From Octopus bimaculoides (taxonomy: Eukaryota), in NCBI RefSeq assembly GCF_001194135.2, contig NC_068983.1, positions 102,284,638 to 102,341,000 of the forward strand: a stretch of 56,363 bases of DNA. Direction: 5' to 3'. The first letter of the stretch is position 1, and the number at the start of each line of letters is the position of its first letter. The translations under genes were made by a program, and so were the position numbers. Shown piece after piece: positions 33,537 through 46,140 of this stretch. Under the pieces are notes generated by a model that saw only the letters and a program-made list of their open reading frames with translations, was not told where the DNA came from and made no database searches.

Positions 33537-33955
33537 GGACGCAGCACGGCCGAATGGTTAAGAAATTCGCTTCGCAACCACGAGATCTCGGGTTCTACCG
33601 CACTGTGAGACATCATGGACAAATGTCTGGTCAATCCAAGCTTTGTGAGTGAAAATGGATGAAAGGAAAATGTGTGAAAGCATATCAAGTGGATTGTGCA
33701 TATCAAGTGGATTGTATCTGTAATTTAAAAACTTAGACTTGTTACACTGCGTTACGCTGATTCTGCATGGACATTAAGTTAGTTATAGCGTTGCCGCTAC
33801 TTTAAGTAAGGAAAGAAAACCACAGACGGGCTTTATTTATAGTCAGGTGGACAGGGCCGATGCGTCTGTGGAATGTTCAGTCACTTACATGCTAATTCAA
33901 TGAACAACTTGTTTAGTTCATCAAGATATCTGAAAAATCTTTGACGAAACCGATT
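33537..33955 (+). mobile_element. Composite SINE (family D-like head, family B-like tail) interrupted by a 79-bp insert
   Basis: Head GCACGGCCGAATGGTTAAGAAATTCGC; tail GTTACACTGCGTTACGCTGA...CGTCTGTGGAATGTTCAGTCACTT, split at 33784-33862. Confidence 0.65.
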
Positions 33956-36179
33956 GAGTTCCATTTGCACAATAACAAATTTGTACAGTATTTTAGAACA
34001 ATATTGCTTTAAATAAAAGAGTTAACAATAGCCGTAGCGACAACGACAATGACAAGAGCAGCAACAACTACGATCTTTATTCAATTAAATTTAAAATGAC
34101 TTTTTTTTACTTTGATAAATCGCATTTCCACTTTTACCTTGCTAATTGCTGTTTTGTCGATAGATTTGTCTGGCGTCAAGCGCACATTACGCAACACTTT
34201 ATTTTCATTTGTCTATGAAACTGACAAGTAATTTATCAGTCTGGTTCAGCTTCTAACAACAGTTGCTACAGTATGTTTTTATATAGCTGTCTTCCTATAC
34301 TTATAGAACGATACTGGACCAAAATTTTTCTACTGGCAATAACAATGCTGCCAAGCTCAAAATAACACTAGAATATCTTCTTTATTAAAATCATTTCCAA
34401 AATTGGATGCTCCAGATTAGAATCTTTTCTTCGAAAATATATCCTTGCTGTCAGTTACTCAGAGTTGCCATTGTATTAACAGCATTAATTAAGTTATTAT
34501 AAGCAGAATTCTTATAGGGCGAGATAACACTAGCTCAGTTATTAATATTATTTAAATCATTTCGCCAAGTACGGGACACAACTCAGGATATATTATTAAA
34601 CCTCTTCAGAGAAACATGTACTTTCTACTGTATCTCACCTTTTAGCTCCAAAATATGCCTTTTCCTAGCCTCCTTTTCCAGATGTGTTATCATCTGAAAC
34701 ACCTTGCCCATATTTTTTCTCTGGCTACATATCTAGAACGGTTCAATCATAATATTAGTATTAATCTCTATTTTATAGTCTAAGAGAATTTGAAAAGTCT
34801 ATGCAAACCGTTAATTATCGCTATACTAAAAGGATTCTAAAAAAATAGTCCTCTTGGCGCTGTTCCGTTTTATGATCCAGAAAATTAAACTACTTAAGTC
34901 GACAGAGAGCGTAACGGAAGTGGAAAAATTGTTTTCTTTGAAATGAAATGAAAGTGATACAAACTTAATGTAACTAAATGGCATTTGCAAAATCCAATAT
35001 TTGTAAAATGCTTTGGACTTATTCTATTCTATTATATATATATATATTAAATAATAAACTAAAATATAATAATTAGGCAAGATAATACTGTTAAAGGCAT
35101 AACAGCAGCCCACCAAACAAATATCTCGTGCGACATAATTTCTTTCAGTCAGCTCATTGATTTTAATGATATCGTCTTCAGTTCTCACAGACACTTGTAT
35201 AAATGAGTCAGCCATTTCTTCTACATATAAACAATTTCGATATAAACTTTCAGATTAAAAAAAAGGTCTCTCAGTAACATTTTATTGCGAAATTTAGTGG
35301 AGTACTACTGACCATTATTTTCCTTTCATTTAATTATGCCGATCTCTACTGATGTAAGTTTTTCCACTTTCTGGATCATATAATAAAACATCGCCAATCC
35401 TCTCATATAAATATGTCGATAGAATAGTAAATAAATGCAAGTGTTGGTGGAAATATGACATTAGTGAATAGAAGTAATTAACCTTTATCTTACAGAGGTG
35501 ATGAAACAATGCAGAAGCCATTAAGCTGTCGCTCAATCTGCTAGAAATTGCAGACAAATTGTCAAAGCTGTTGGGTCTTTGACTGTATGTCTGCTAGATC
35601 ACTACTGAGCTGGGTCTAACAACAACAAAAAATTTCTACGGCGATTCAGATGTAATTTTTTTTCTTGCTACAGCTTACATGGAAGAATTTATTTCGTTTA
35701 GAAATACACGTTCTGAGATTTAAATTTCATATCGTCTTTCACCAAATATAGTAAGACAACATTAGATAAAATATCTTATATCACCTTAGGAGTTGAACGA
35801 TATAATTGTTAATGAGAATCTTTTAAATTCAGATTAATGACAACGTTTAAACGTTACTTGTAAAATTACTATTAGAAAGGAAGCTTATTGTTAGTAAAAC
35901 CGAAGCTAATCACACAACATTTATAGACTATACACAAATGTCTAAATGAAGATGTCTGAAATACAACAAAGAAAATCTGTATTTTTTCCCACTACATATC
36001 ACCTTTCACATCTGGATCATTTAGTTATTTTTAGCCAAGAGGTAATAAAATCCTGATCCTTACTGTTTGTTTCTTTTTACTTTTTCTTCTAATCACCCTT
36101 GCAAGTTCGTTCTTGTTTTACAGATTGTGTTGAACAATTTTCAGTTTCAAAATCTCTTTTATAGTATTAGATATCAAGT

Positions 36180-36544
36180 CAGCAACTGGCGTTTCGACTG
36201 TTAATGATGACGAGAGTTCCAGTTAATCCGATCAACGGAACAGTCTGCTCATGAAATTAACATGTAAGTGGCTGAGCATTCTACAGATATGTGTACTCTT
36301 AATGTAGTTCTCGGGGAAATTCAGCGTGGCACAGAATGTGACAAGGCTGGCCCTTCGAATTATAGGTACAACTCATTTTGGCCAGTTGAGTTGACTGGAG
36401 CAACGTGAAATGAAGTGTCTTCCTCAAGGACACAATACATCGTCAGAAATCGAACACACGACTTTACAATCGTGAGCCGAATATCCTAACTGCTATCCTA
36501 ATGATATTTTACAGATAATTATGCCTAAAACGAAGCTACGCGCC
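36180..36544 (-). mobile_element. CORE-type SINE with family B tail; 5' head disrupted by a palindrome
   Basis: Reverse complement of the family B tail, TGTGTCCTTGAGGAAGACACTT CORE-like segment, and head remnant AAGCTACGCGCC at 36533-36544. Confidence 0.8.
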
Positions 36545-36579
36545 TTCGTTTTAGGCATAATTATCTGTAAAATATCATT
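36500..36579. repeat. Perfect 36-bp inverted repeat with 8-nt loop
   Basis: AATGATATTTTACAGATAATTATGCCTAAAACGAAG (36500-36535), loop CTACGCGC, exact reverse complement at 36544-36579. Confidence 0.95.
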
Positions 36580-36729
36580 TCACTCCATGGGCAATACCGA
36601 TTTTATGTCACTAGAAGGATTGTGCGTAAATAACCATGTTAAAGTGATGTGGCCTTCAAACGTGCTTCCACTATAGAAAATTGTTTCACTATCGTTAGTT
36701 ATTTACTAACAATATTAATGATATTAGCG

Positions 36730-36925
36730 AAGGCGGAGAGCTGGCGGAATCGTTAGCACACCGGGCGAAATACTTTGCGGCATTTCGTCCTTCTTCACAT
36801 TTTGAGTTCAAATTCCACCGAGGTTCACTTTCGGGGTCGACAGAATAAGTACAAATTGAGTACTGGGGTCGATGTAATCAACTTATCCCACCTTCGAAAT
36901 TGCCAGCCTTGTGCCAAAAGTTGAA
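36730..36925 (+). mobile_element. SINE family A
   Basis: GGCGGAGAGCTGGCGGAATCGTTAGC head through CCTTGTGCCAAAAGTTGAAA tail. Confidence 0.85.
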
Positions 36926-37014
36926 ATCAATGTTAATGGTATTAAAGATAGCTTTTATGGTGATCATGGCACTTTCGATATTATTCTGCAATTTAAGTTA
37001 CAAAATTTATCTTT

Positions 37015-37372
37015 TAACTGTTTCAGCTATTGGACTACGGTCATGCTGGAGCACCGCCTTGAAATTCGAACGAATCGACCCCAGTTCTTTTTTTTTTAGT
37101 AGGGTTCTTATTCTATCGGTCATTTTGGCCGAACCGCTAGTTGACGGCGACGTTAACAAATCAACAGCGATTGTCAATGAGTTATGGGGGACAAACACAC
37201 ACTCAAATACACACACACATATGATGGGTTTCTGCTACCAAATTTACTCACACGGCATTAGCCAGCCCCTGGGCTGTAGCAGATGATACTTTCCCAAGGT
37301 GCCGCACAGTGGGACTGAACTAGAAACCATTTGATTGTAATGTGATCCTCTTAATCATACAGCCACGCCTAC
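37015..37372 (-). mobile_element. SINE family D
   Basis: Reverse complement, GGTCATGCTGGAGCACCGCC ... CATACAGCCACGCCTAC. Confidence 0.8.
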
Positions 37373-37704
37373 ACAGAAATGTTATTTACCTTCATTACCT
37401 TATTACTACATAATATTTAAAATAATCACAAATTTCTTTCTTACCCCACTTTTGAAGTGACTTCATATATTTACCAATCGCTCATTTGTATGTTTCAGTT
37501 AATTTGCATTAATTTGAATTTAAAGTTCGTTTTTGCTATAATTTGCTTTGTGAAAATATTGAATAATCTGACAGAAATATTCGTATGTTTCTGTATTTCA
37601 TCTATCATATTGACGTCTTTTGTGATATTTCTGATTTCATATATTGAAATTAATAGCTTTTACTGAAATTACTCGCCATTATGTAGTCCTATCATTTTTT
37701 GATG

Positions 37705-37895
37705 CTATGGTGGCAAGCGAGCAGGATTGTTAGCGGCATTCAGTTCTTTAAATTCCGAGTTCAAACACCATTGTGGTTAACTTTGTCTTTAATCATTTCG
37801 GGGTTGATAAAATAAGTACCAGTCAAGTACTGGAGTCGATGTAATCGAATCACCTCCTTTCATTAAAATTGTTGGCCTTGTGCCAAAATCTGAAA
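37705..37895 (+). mobile_element. SINE family A
   Basis: GGTGGCAAGCGAGCAGGATTGTTAGC head, GATAAAATAAGTACCAG, GGCCTTGTGCCAAAATCTGAAA. Confidence 0.8.
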
Positions 37896-38129
37896 TAACT
37901 ATTCGTGAATTGCAGACACAATGCAGTAGCAAACTAAATCTATTACAATATTTGACGTTGTTTCTTGTGTTCAAAGTTCACTTATAATTCCTACACTTTC
38001 AAGCACATCTGCGCTTTTAATTTCAAGCTCTTCAAGTTTTACATTAAATCCCGCCAGTTTCATTCTTCTCATCTTCCTGTGCTGAAAAACCTGACATAAG
38101 TAATGGACATTACTCCATGACCATGATAA

Positions 38130-38410
38130 ATATAACAAGTTGCATACTCTTTCCCTTCCACTTTATCTTCTGCTGTAACAACTTCAGATCCTATTCCACT
38201 GAACTAGCAGTCTACATTCCACCCAGTTCATCTGTCTTTGTTCTCTTCGCAGTTTCTACTGTCTCTCATTTCCAAAGCCACGCAAAAAACAAACAAACAA
38301 AAATCCGTTCAAAGTTTCTCATCAGAACTGTACCCTTTGGAACTTCATACCTGAAGTTTTCTTGATAGACAACAACCCACAGAAATTAATATTGATTATC
38401 TATCAATATG
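38130..38410 (+). mobile_element. CR1/L2-like LINE 3' relic
   Basis: FIFCCNNFRSYSTELAVYIPP... and CATCAGAACTGTACCCTTTGGAACTTCATACCTGAAG resemble the RT..LWNSLP C-terminus. Recognition only. Confidence 0.5.
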
Positions 38411-38460
38411 AGACACCTTGAACAATATATCGACTCTGTCTTTTCACCGCAGGTTAAATG

Positions 38461-39013
38461 TACTGTGTTGATCAAAAGGTTTGCAATATTTTAGAAGAAA
38501 CTTATTTGCTTATTCGTCAAGTAACCACAAAAGCAACCTAGATTTCAAAGTAGAGGTCATCGTGTTGCACCGCCTGAACCACTTTTCTGCCAGTTCTTTG
38601 ATCCCGGATGATACAAGTTCTTGTCCTTCGAGGTGAAGAACTCGTTCACTGAAGCTTCACCTCCTCTTGGTTGATGAAGCGTCGTGAGCGCAAGAAGTGA
38701 GCCATAGATCTGAACAAGTAATAATAGGAGGAAGCTAGGTCCGGACTATATGCTGGGTGTGACATCAGTTCCGTTTCCTCAAGTTCTTCGCGACGCTTCA
38801 TCAACCAAGAGATGGTGAAAGCTTCAGTGAAGGAGTTTTTCGACTCTAAGGACAAGAACTGGTATCAGCGTGTAATCAAAGAACTAGTAGAAAGATGGCT
38901 TCAGACGTTGCAACATGATGGCCTCTACTTTGAATGTTACGCTGCTTTTGTTGCAATTGAATAAAGCAAATAGGTTAGCAAAATATAGTAAAAACACCTC
39001 TCTTAACACTGTA
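38461..39013. mobile_element. Fold-back mariner derivative built from two inverted 3' ends
   Basis: Minus arm encodes HPAYSPDLASSYYYLFRSM...EEVK/ASVNEFFTSKDKNL...ELAEKW...QHDDLYFE; plus arm encodes ASVKEFFDSKDKNWYQRVIKELVERWLQTLQHDGLYFE. TA at 38461-38462 and 39012-39013. Confidence 0.8.
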
Positions 39014-40029
39014 ATGTATAACCGGTCTCTTGCAGGCGGTCGTTAGAATCTATATTTGTCGATAGGAATTACAGTTACAGCGATGTAATTATGGTAACAA
39101 GTTTGAGTTCACAGATTTAAGATTCGGTATCATCTAAGGATGATATATCTACCCTCACCTACCACGACATTATGATGGCTACCAAGTTACCAAACGATAG
39201 CCGAAAGACACCACGTTGGAAATGATCCAACTATTTACAAATGATTGAACGATTTTGACTCTGATCATAAATATGTATTTAGTCGTTCGCATTAAATGGA
39301 AAATATGTATTTATTAATATTATAATTTTATCCAGAGGAAATTCTCAGCATTTCAGTCAGACTTTCTATTGGCCTATATTAACGTCCAACGATCGGATGA
39401 AATAGATGCTTCTTTCTTCCTTTGTTATGCAATACACTAAAGATTTCATGAGATATCAGTGTATTAAACAATAATTTATCCTCTCATGCAGTGCACAAAT
39501 ACAGGATTGAAAACCAGATGGGTCATATTTTGAAAAAAATAACTAAATGAAACGATAATCAGGATTTATAATGAGCACTGTAGACTAAGAGTAAGTTCAT
39601 AACAAGTAAAGACGCGACCCAGTTTCGATTTGTGGTTGAAACTGTTTTTCTTTATTTTGGTTACTAATCCCTTGGCTAAATGATGAATGTCATGAAACCC
39701 TACTTATTCTTTCTATAAAACTAGAGTTTTGTACGTAAAACAAATCAATAGTGATCATTTATGATCATAAATGATCAATATTAATTTGGTTAAATATACG
39801 TGGTTTGAATTATCGGATATTAAATAGAAGCTACGTCTTTTACATTTAATTGATTTTTGTGTTCAGTTTAATTGCTAGTAAGAGAAACTTCTTCAATAAT
39901 AAAGTATAACACTGTTATATCCTATAACACATTATCATACACTACAGACACCTCAATTTATATTTAAAAATGCATCAATAGATGCTCAAGATTACACAGT
40001 AGCATCTACTACACAAAAGTTTTCGTCAC

Positions 40030-40790
40030 AGAAACGAAATAGAGTAAACCTTCGTTATCTTCCCGGTCAAAGGAATGTGATAGTGAGTCGATCTTCAAGA
40101 TGAACTGGGCTGAAAACCAGATCTGTTCAACAAGCAACAACGTCTGTTCATCAAATATTCACAGATCAGTAATGCTTGGACACTGACTGTGTGTATACAG
40201 AGTAGTTCGTTACTTTGCGTGCGTCTCGAACAGACCCAGTTAGTAACATATTTGTGACGATCGACTTTATCTGGACAAGTCAGTGCATCTTTGAGGCACT
40301 GCCAAGCCATGATTAACTAGAAGGTGTATATAGTTCCCGGATTGAAAATACTCTGGGGGAGCCCAACTAGATAATTCTCTTCGATATCCGGAGATTCTTC
40401 GAAAACGTCTTCGTTCTTTCCCACCACTAGACTTCTTAAGAAAACTGAAGGTATTTCTGATGCCTTGCACCCAGTATTGATCTTCACTTAATCTAAGATT
40501 TCAGTGCCGTCAAAAACACAAATTGTGGGAAGATGTATCTGACAAACGGCGGCCACACAAGCTCACGGCCCTGGAAGTTCTGCAGAAGCCGCAGCGTTAA
40601 TGTATGCCTGCAGACCATTCTGCAAGCCCATAAATTTCAGCATTTTTTAAATAACTTCAACAAGGCGATCCCTGAGGAAGTTAATATCATTACTATTACC
40701 AAACCATTCCTAAGGAAAGTAACTGCTTCAAATTTCTTCAGAACAGTGACAACCTCTTTTACCTTCGTGCTGCCTGACACCATTTCGGTG
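40030..40790 (+). mobile_element. Ty3/Gypsy pol relic (RNase H end to integrase zinc-binding region), heavily decayed
   Basis: VNLRYLPGQRNVIVSRSSR (cf. F.I.Y.PG..N.VADALSR), PEILRKRL, DALHP, VCLQTILQAHKFQH, RTVTTSFTFVLPDT, in shifting frames. Confidence 0.5.
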
Positions 40791-40973
40791 ATGCTGTTGT
40801 TCTCGTGTTTTAAATAACTTCAAGAAGGCGATCACCGAAGGCACTAATATTATTACTATTACCGAACTATTCCTAACGAAAGTAAAGAGGTCGAGGAGAA
40901 TACCTTTTGAATGGTTCAGTAATAGTAATAATATTAGTTTCCTTGGTGATCGCCTTGTTGAAATTATTTTAAA
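40646..40973. repeat. Three copies of a 65-77-bp unit (two direct, one inverted)
   Basis: TTTAAATAACTTCAA(C/G)AAGGCGATC...TATTACTATTACC at 40646-40722 and 40809-40885; inverted copy at 40909-40973. Confidence 0.85.
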
Positions 40974-41729
40974 ATGTTGAAATTATTTCACGAACCAATA
41001 AATATCTTTCTTACAATTTATAGTATTTGAATCATAGATTTTCATCTTGACAGTAAACTGTTGCGGCCTCTTCTTTCTTAATTAAACATTGCGCAACATA
41101 CATTGTCATTCATTTTGTTTTCATTTTTCGTTCTGGCCTTTTCCTTTGATTCTTTCCTATTTCATGTTTTTTTCTTTCTTGTTTAAACACAAACAGACAG
41201 TATCTCATTCACTTTTCTTTCTCCGCATTTCTTTTTACCTCTTCGTGTCTACCTTTCTTCACTTTCTTTACTTCTTTCTGTATTTCATTCACTATCATTC
41301 CCATTTCTATAACTCTTTCTATATCCGTTTCTCCGTCTGATGGTTTGCGAACATCCCAGTCTTTTCTTCAGACATATTGTGTTTAAAAAATGAGTTTAGA
41401 GAAATAGTTCAAACATGCTAATGGTATGAAATTAGACAGTTATAAAATTCTTAACTAATTGAACTTTCCCTCTTATCTGGAAATAGAAAGCAAATCTAGC
41501 GGTAACTGTTAGTAACTCTCAAATATAGAGAGATATTTTAAATAAATTGAAAATTAATCTTTTGAAGTTTATTTACTTCCCAAGAGAATCTATGCATGTT
41601 TCTAGGTAGCAGACAACTATGAACATATTTCGATCTTCTAAGCCGCACTAGCATTGAATAATGTACTTAAGCCTGCCAGATCAATTGACAAAGTCTTTCA
41701 CAATCAGAAAAATGGCATCGAATAATATT

Positions 41730-41942
41730 GGTTTCAAATTTTGGCACAAGCCAGCAAGTTGGGGGACGGGGTAAGTCGATTACATCGACCCCAGTGCTCA
41801 ACTGATATTTATTTTATCGACCCCGAAAGGATGAAAGGCAAAGTCGACCTCGTCGTAATTTGAACTCAGAACCTAAAGACAGACGAAATGCCGCTAAGCA
41901 TTTTGCGTGGTGTGCTAGCGATTCTGCTAGCTCCCCGCCTTA
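41730..41942 (-). mobile_element. SINE family A with 11-bp TSD
   Basis: CGAATAATATT at 41719-41729 and 41949-41959. Confidence 0.9.
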
Positions 41943-43953
41943 GGGTAACGAATAATATTAGCCAGTATAGTTTGCATAATTAAGAAAGGTACAAACGGAA
42001 ATAGCTCAAATGGGCCAATGACAGATTTGGAGATTAACACCAAATGGTTTCTGATTCCAACACTTCTTGTNNNNNNNNNNNNNNNNNNNNNNNNNNNNNN
42101 NNNNNNNNNNNNNNNNNNNNNNNNNNNNNNNNNNNNNNNNNNNNNNNNNNNNNNNNNNNNNNNNNNNNNNNNNNNNNNNNNNNNNNNNNNNNNNNNNNNN
42201 NNNNNNNNNNNNNNNNNNNNNNNNNNNNNNNNNNNNNNNNNNNNNNNNNNNNNNNNNNNNNNNNNNNGAGGGCGGTAATTTTTTAACGACTTGCAAAATA
42301 ATATTATTTCCCTCCATAGATTTAAAAACTTCCCAAAATTTTATGTGAAATCTTTTACGCCAAGAGAAATATACCAGAAAAAAAAAATTATTGCTTTGAA
42401 TATTATTATTGTTTTATTCTTTTTACTAATTTAAGACAACACTTTCTAGCTATTCAGGGTGAAATTACATTAAAAAATCAACAAGTTATATAAAAATTAA
42501 AATAAAGTCAAATAAAATTTTGCGTTAATTCCTTGTTCTTTTTTTTTCAGTGAAACTGATGAAAGATTTGAAAATGAATTTAAATATTATCTTCATAGAG
42601 AAGTGATTAGATAAATGCATAGTTTGGTAGCGCAATAAATACAAGTTGTACACATGCTTGTATTTGTAAAAAAAAAAGCATCTATGATTAATAAAAGCAA
42701 GAATAAAATAACGATAACAGTTAATGTATTAATGTAGCCTTTATATGTGAATGGCGTCGTAGTGAATCGGTGAACAAAAATTAGCTCAATTTGCGACTAA
42801 GTTAATGTAGGTTAATTTGTAATGTGATGATTTGAATTAAGAACTTGCTAGATAGTGAGAAAGAGTACATCTGTTAGCCACCACAGTTACCACTACTATT
42901 CTGCTCATACTTGCTAGACTATTCTAAAGTCTACCTTTAAAACAGATGCTGTTGTCTGTAGCAGAAGAATATTTCCAAACGGTTGCCCCTGAAAACGTTA
43001 TCGCTAATTTATAGAATGACACTTCTTTTCACTCGTTTACTATCTACTCAGGATATGGTTGTATACTTAAATACACTTTCACTAAGAAAGCTTTATTCTT
43101 GGGACGAAATACCTTACAGCTGAAAGAGGTTATGTCGATTCCACTCTTAATGCTTGAGCGCATGGCATGATGCATGTATGATTGCCATTAATATAATTTT
43201 ATGAGAAGTTATTTGGAATTCAAACATCTAAGCATAAAATTCAAACATAAAATACTTCCACCACCGCAAAAGCCAAATGGTTGAATTATCGGTAGACTAG
43301 TTGTAATTAATTCACATCTAGACTAAAATTAAGAAAATCAAAATCTAATTTGCGGTTTAGTTTGGCTAATATTTTACTAAATAAACATCATAAATACGTA
43401 TTTAAAGAATGGAAAAACTTGTTAGGTTATGCAAATGTTGTCTTTCTGGTTTTTGAGTGGAGAATTTCAAAGCAATGTTACAGTTTTCAATTCAAATGAA
43501 ATATTAAGATACAAAACAGATTGTTGAAAGTTCACGTTTAACCCCATATCAGCATTCATTGAATAGACTTATAATCGAAGGTTGTGATCATTACGCTTTT
43601 TAAAGGAAGGGTGTATTTTAATACTACATTCGCCATAGCCGGCTTCCCTTTTTATGACGGTAGAGTGAAATTTTAGAGAGGTTTTAGAGATATTGTATAA
43701 TGTTCTAGAGTACTCAAGCTGTCAAAAATGACGGAGTTGTTGCTGAAAAATGTGCATGATGAAAGTTGCTAATAAGTGAAAGATGTAAATAACAGAAAAA
43801 TGCCAAAATAACAGGAAAATAAGAAAATTATATTTATCACTCCCCTAATATACAGATTTGATTACTTTTATTGTATACAATATCTTGTAGTCAATTATTC
43901 ACATCTTATTTTCTACAATAAATGCACTACGTAATTTCACAGAAGTGCATGTA

Positions 43954-45185
43954 CAAGTGTCAGCTGAAACGTTCATAGTCTGACCAAGATGCTCTCGTAG
44001 AATGTGACCAAATGAAATTTATTTTTTCAACATAGTCCCCCTTGCGGTCCATATACTTCTTCCATCGGTGTTGCAGTGCTTGGATCCCATTGGGGAAAAG
44101 CTTTCATTCTATAGATAAAAAAAGTAATCAATAACAGATATGACGTCATCATCACTGCGATACCAGTTCCCAGCCAAGTGTTTTTTTCATGTTGGTGCCA
44201 CATCAGGAGAATAAGGAGGATGATCAACTAGTTCAAAGTCACAGTCACGTACAGCAGCCATTGAAAGCAAGGACCTCTGCGCTGGAGTACTGTCCTAATG
44301 AAACAAGATCCTTTTCGTCAGTTTTCTTCGGTGTTTGCTTTTGATAACCTTTCGTAACTGCCTCAGCATGTTGTTGACATAGAACTCTTCATTGAAGGGA
44401 AATGCCTTTTTCATCACCCAGAATGAAGCCATCACCTTCCCTGCAGATGAAACGGCTTTGGCCTTCTTTGGAGTAGGTGAGGCGGGCTGTTTGCATTGCA
44501 TGGATTGTCTCTTTGTCTATGACTCAAAGTGACGAAGCCAGCGCTCATCCTGGATTAGGAAACGTTTAAGAAAAGCAGCAGGATCTACCTGAAACAACGA
44601 CAGATTTTTCCATGATGTGATCAGCCTGGTGCGCTTTTGATCAGGTTTCAGAAGATGTAACACCCGTGGAACAGAAACCTTCGTCGTACCAAGTTCATTA
44701 TGCAGAATATTCTCAACTCTCTCACATGGTGTGCTAATAGCATTGGCTCTTCGATTTATAGTCAATTGCTTGTCATCCATCACCATGTGGTGAACACAAT
44801 ATTTTTCCTCGGTGGTGGCAGTTGCAGGACGTTTAGAGCTCGAGTCATCTTCACGACTCTGCCTTCCCCTCCAAAATTCAGCTGCCCACTGTTGATAAGC
44901 TGGAGAGTATTCTAATGTAGTAACCATGCCAGCATGAATGTCCTTGGGAGCTAAATCCTTTTTCTGCAGGCAATGGATAACACCACCATGCCAAATTTTG
45001 TCCATTTTCAAGAGACGTCGCCACTAGTTATTTTTGAAGTGTTCTTTGAACAGTCAGATATAAGTTTGCCTGGAAAGAAACAATGCAGTTATTAATAAGA
45101 AAAGTTGAAATTAATGTATGCAAAATTCCATAGTTCTAACATCACTTTTCCATAGTCATCCTATGGACTTTTCAGTCCATCTTCA
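43954..45185 (-). mobile_element. Near full-length decayed mariner (Himar1/irritans-like)
   Basis: TA at 43952-43953 and 45186-45187; imperfect TIRs CAAGTGTCAGCTGAAACGTTCATAG / TGAAGATGGACTGAAAAGTCCATAG. Transposase relic MDKIWH...WAAEFWRGRQSREDD..RP...FLIQDERW...HPPYSPDVAP...GIQALQHRWKKYMDRKGDYVEK with stops and frameshifts. Confidence 0.9.
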
Positions 45186-45884
45186 TATTTAATAACTGCC
45201 AAAATATTTACATATAGAAACTAAGGTACGTGATCTCACAAATAGGTTATATACATTTTCGAAAGATTTTCAAGCGACAGCAGGTTTAGTTTATACAAAA
45301 AGGGTGCATTTACAACATATTTGATACATTCCGTACGGAAGCTACAAATGTACATATTAGCAGCTCAAACATACCTTGACCTGATGAATTTTCAATTTGT
45401 AATTTCAAACTATTTGTGTTTTTCGTTCTGCTTATCGTAAGAAATACATGCGTGCATTGTAAGGAGTAAACAGCGGAATATATGAAGCAGACTAATTAAT
45501 GGAATAAGTGTATATGCAAATATATATATAGTGTATTGAAGATGTATTCATTACACATTGCGTGCTCCATATATTGATTAGAAAAAAAAAGAGAAAATTT
45601 ATTTGATCATCAGAAATTTATGAACATAAAATAATCAGTAGAGCATTCAGAGACAAAGAAACCAGTTGAATGAACTTTCGAATACAATAAATAAATAGAA
45701 AAATAAATAAATAAACAGAATGACTCTAGTTCGTGTCGTATAATTTAGAGCTCGTATCGAATGATTTAGGAATCACAGCATATAAAGGGGGATAAATTCA
45801 ACAGCTTCAAATGATTAAGTGTTGCTAAAAAACAAAGCAAAACAAACTATATATATATAAATACACGTAGCGTTTTATATATAT

Positions 45885-46097
45885 ATTGATTCCAAATTTT
45901 GACACAAGACCAGCAATTCTGGGAGAGAGGCTAAGTCGATTACATCAACCCCAGGGTCCAACTGGTATTTATTTTATCGATCTCCAAAAGAATGAAAGGC
46001 ATAGTCAAACTCGGCGGAATTTGAACCCAAAACGTAAAGTCGGACGAACGCTATCAAGCATTTTACTGGGCTAACGATTCTGCCAGCTCGCCGTCTT
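45885..46097 (-). mobile_element. SINE family A with 14-bp TSD
   Basis: CGTTTTATATATAT at 45871-45884 and 46099-46112. Confidence 0.9.
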
Positions 46098-46113
46098 ACG
46101 TTTTATATATTCT

Positions 46114-46140
46114 AGCAGATATACCCGGCGTTGTTCAGAA
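46114..46140 (-). mobile_element. Helitron-type 3' terminus
   Basis: Minus strand CTGAACAACGCCGGGTATATCTGCTAG: a degenerate subterminal hairpin followed by CTAG. Confidence 0.45.

Noticed and set aside
40646-40973. CRISPR-like repeat/spacer reading of repeated modules (also the 79-bp unit with a variable middle)
   Set aside because: Eukaryotic context, only two or three copies, mixed orientation, no regular spacing and no cas genes.
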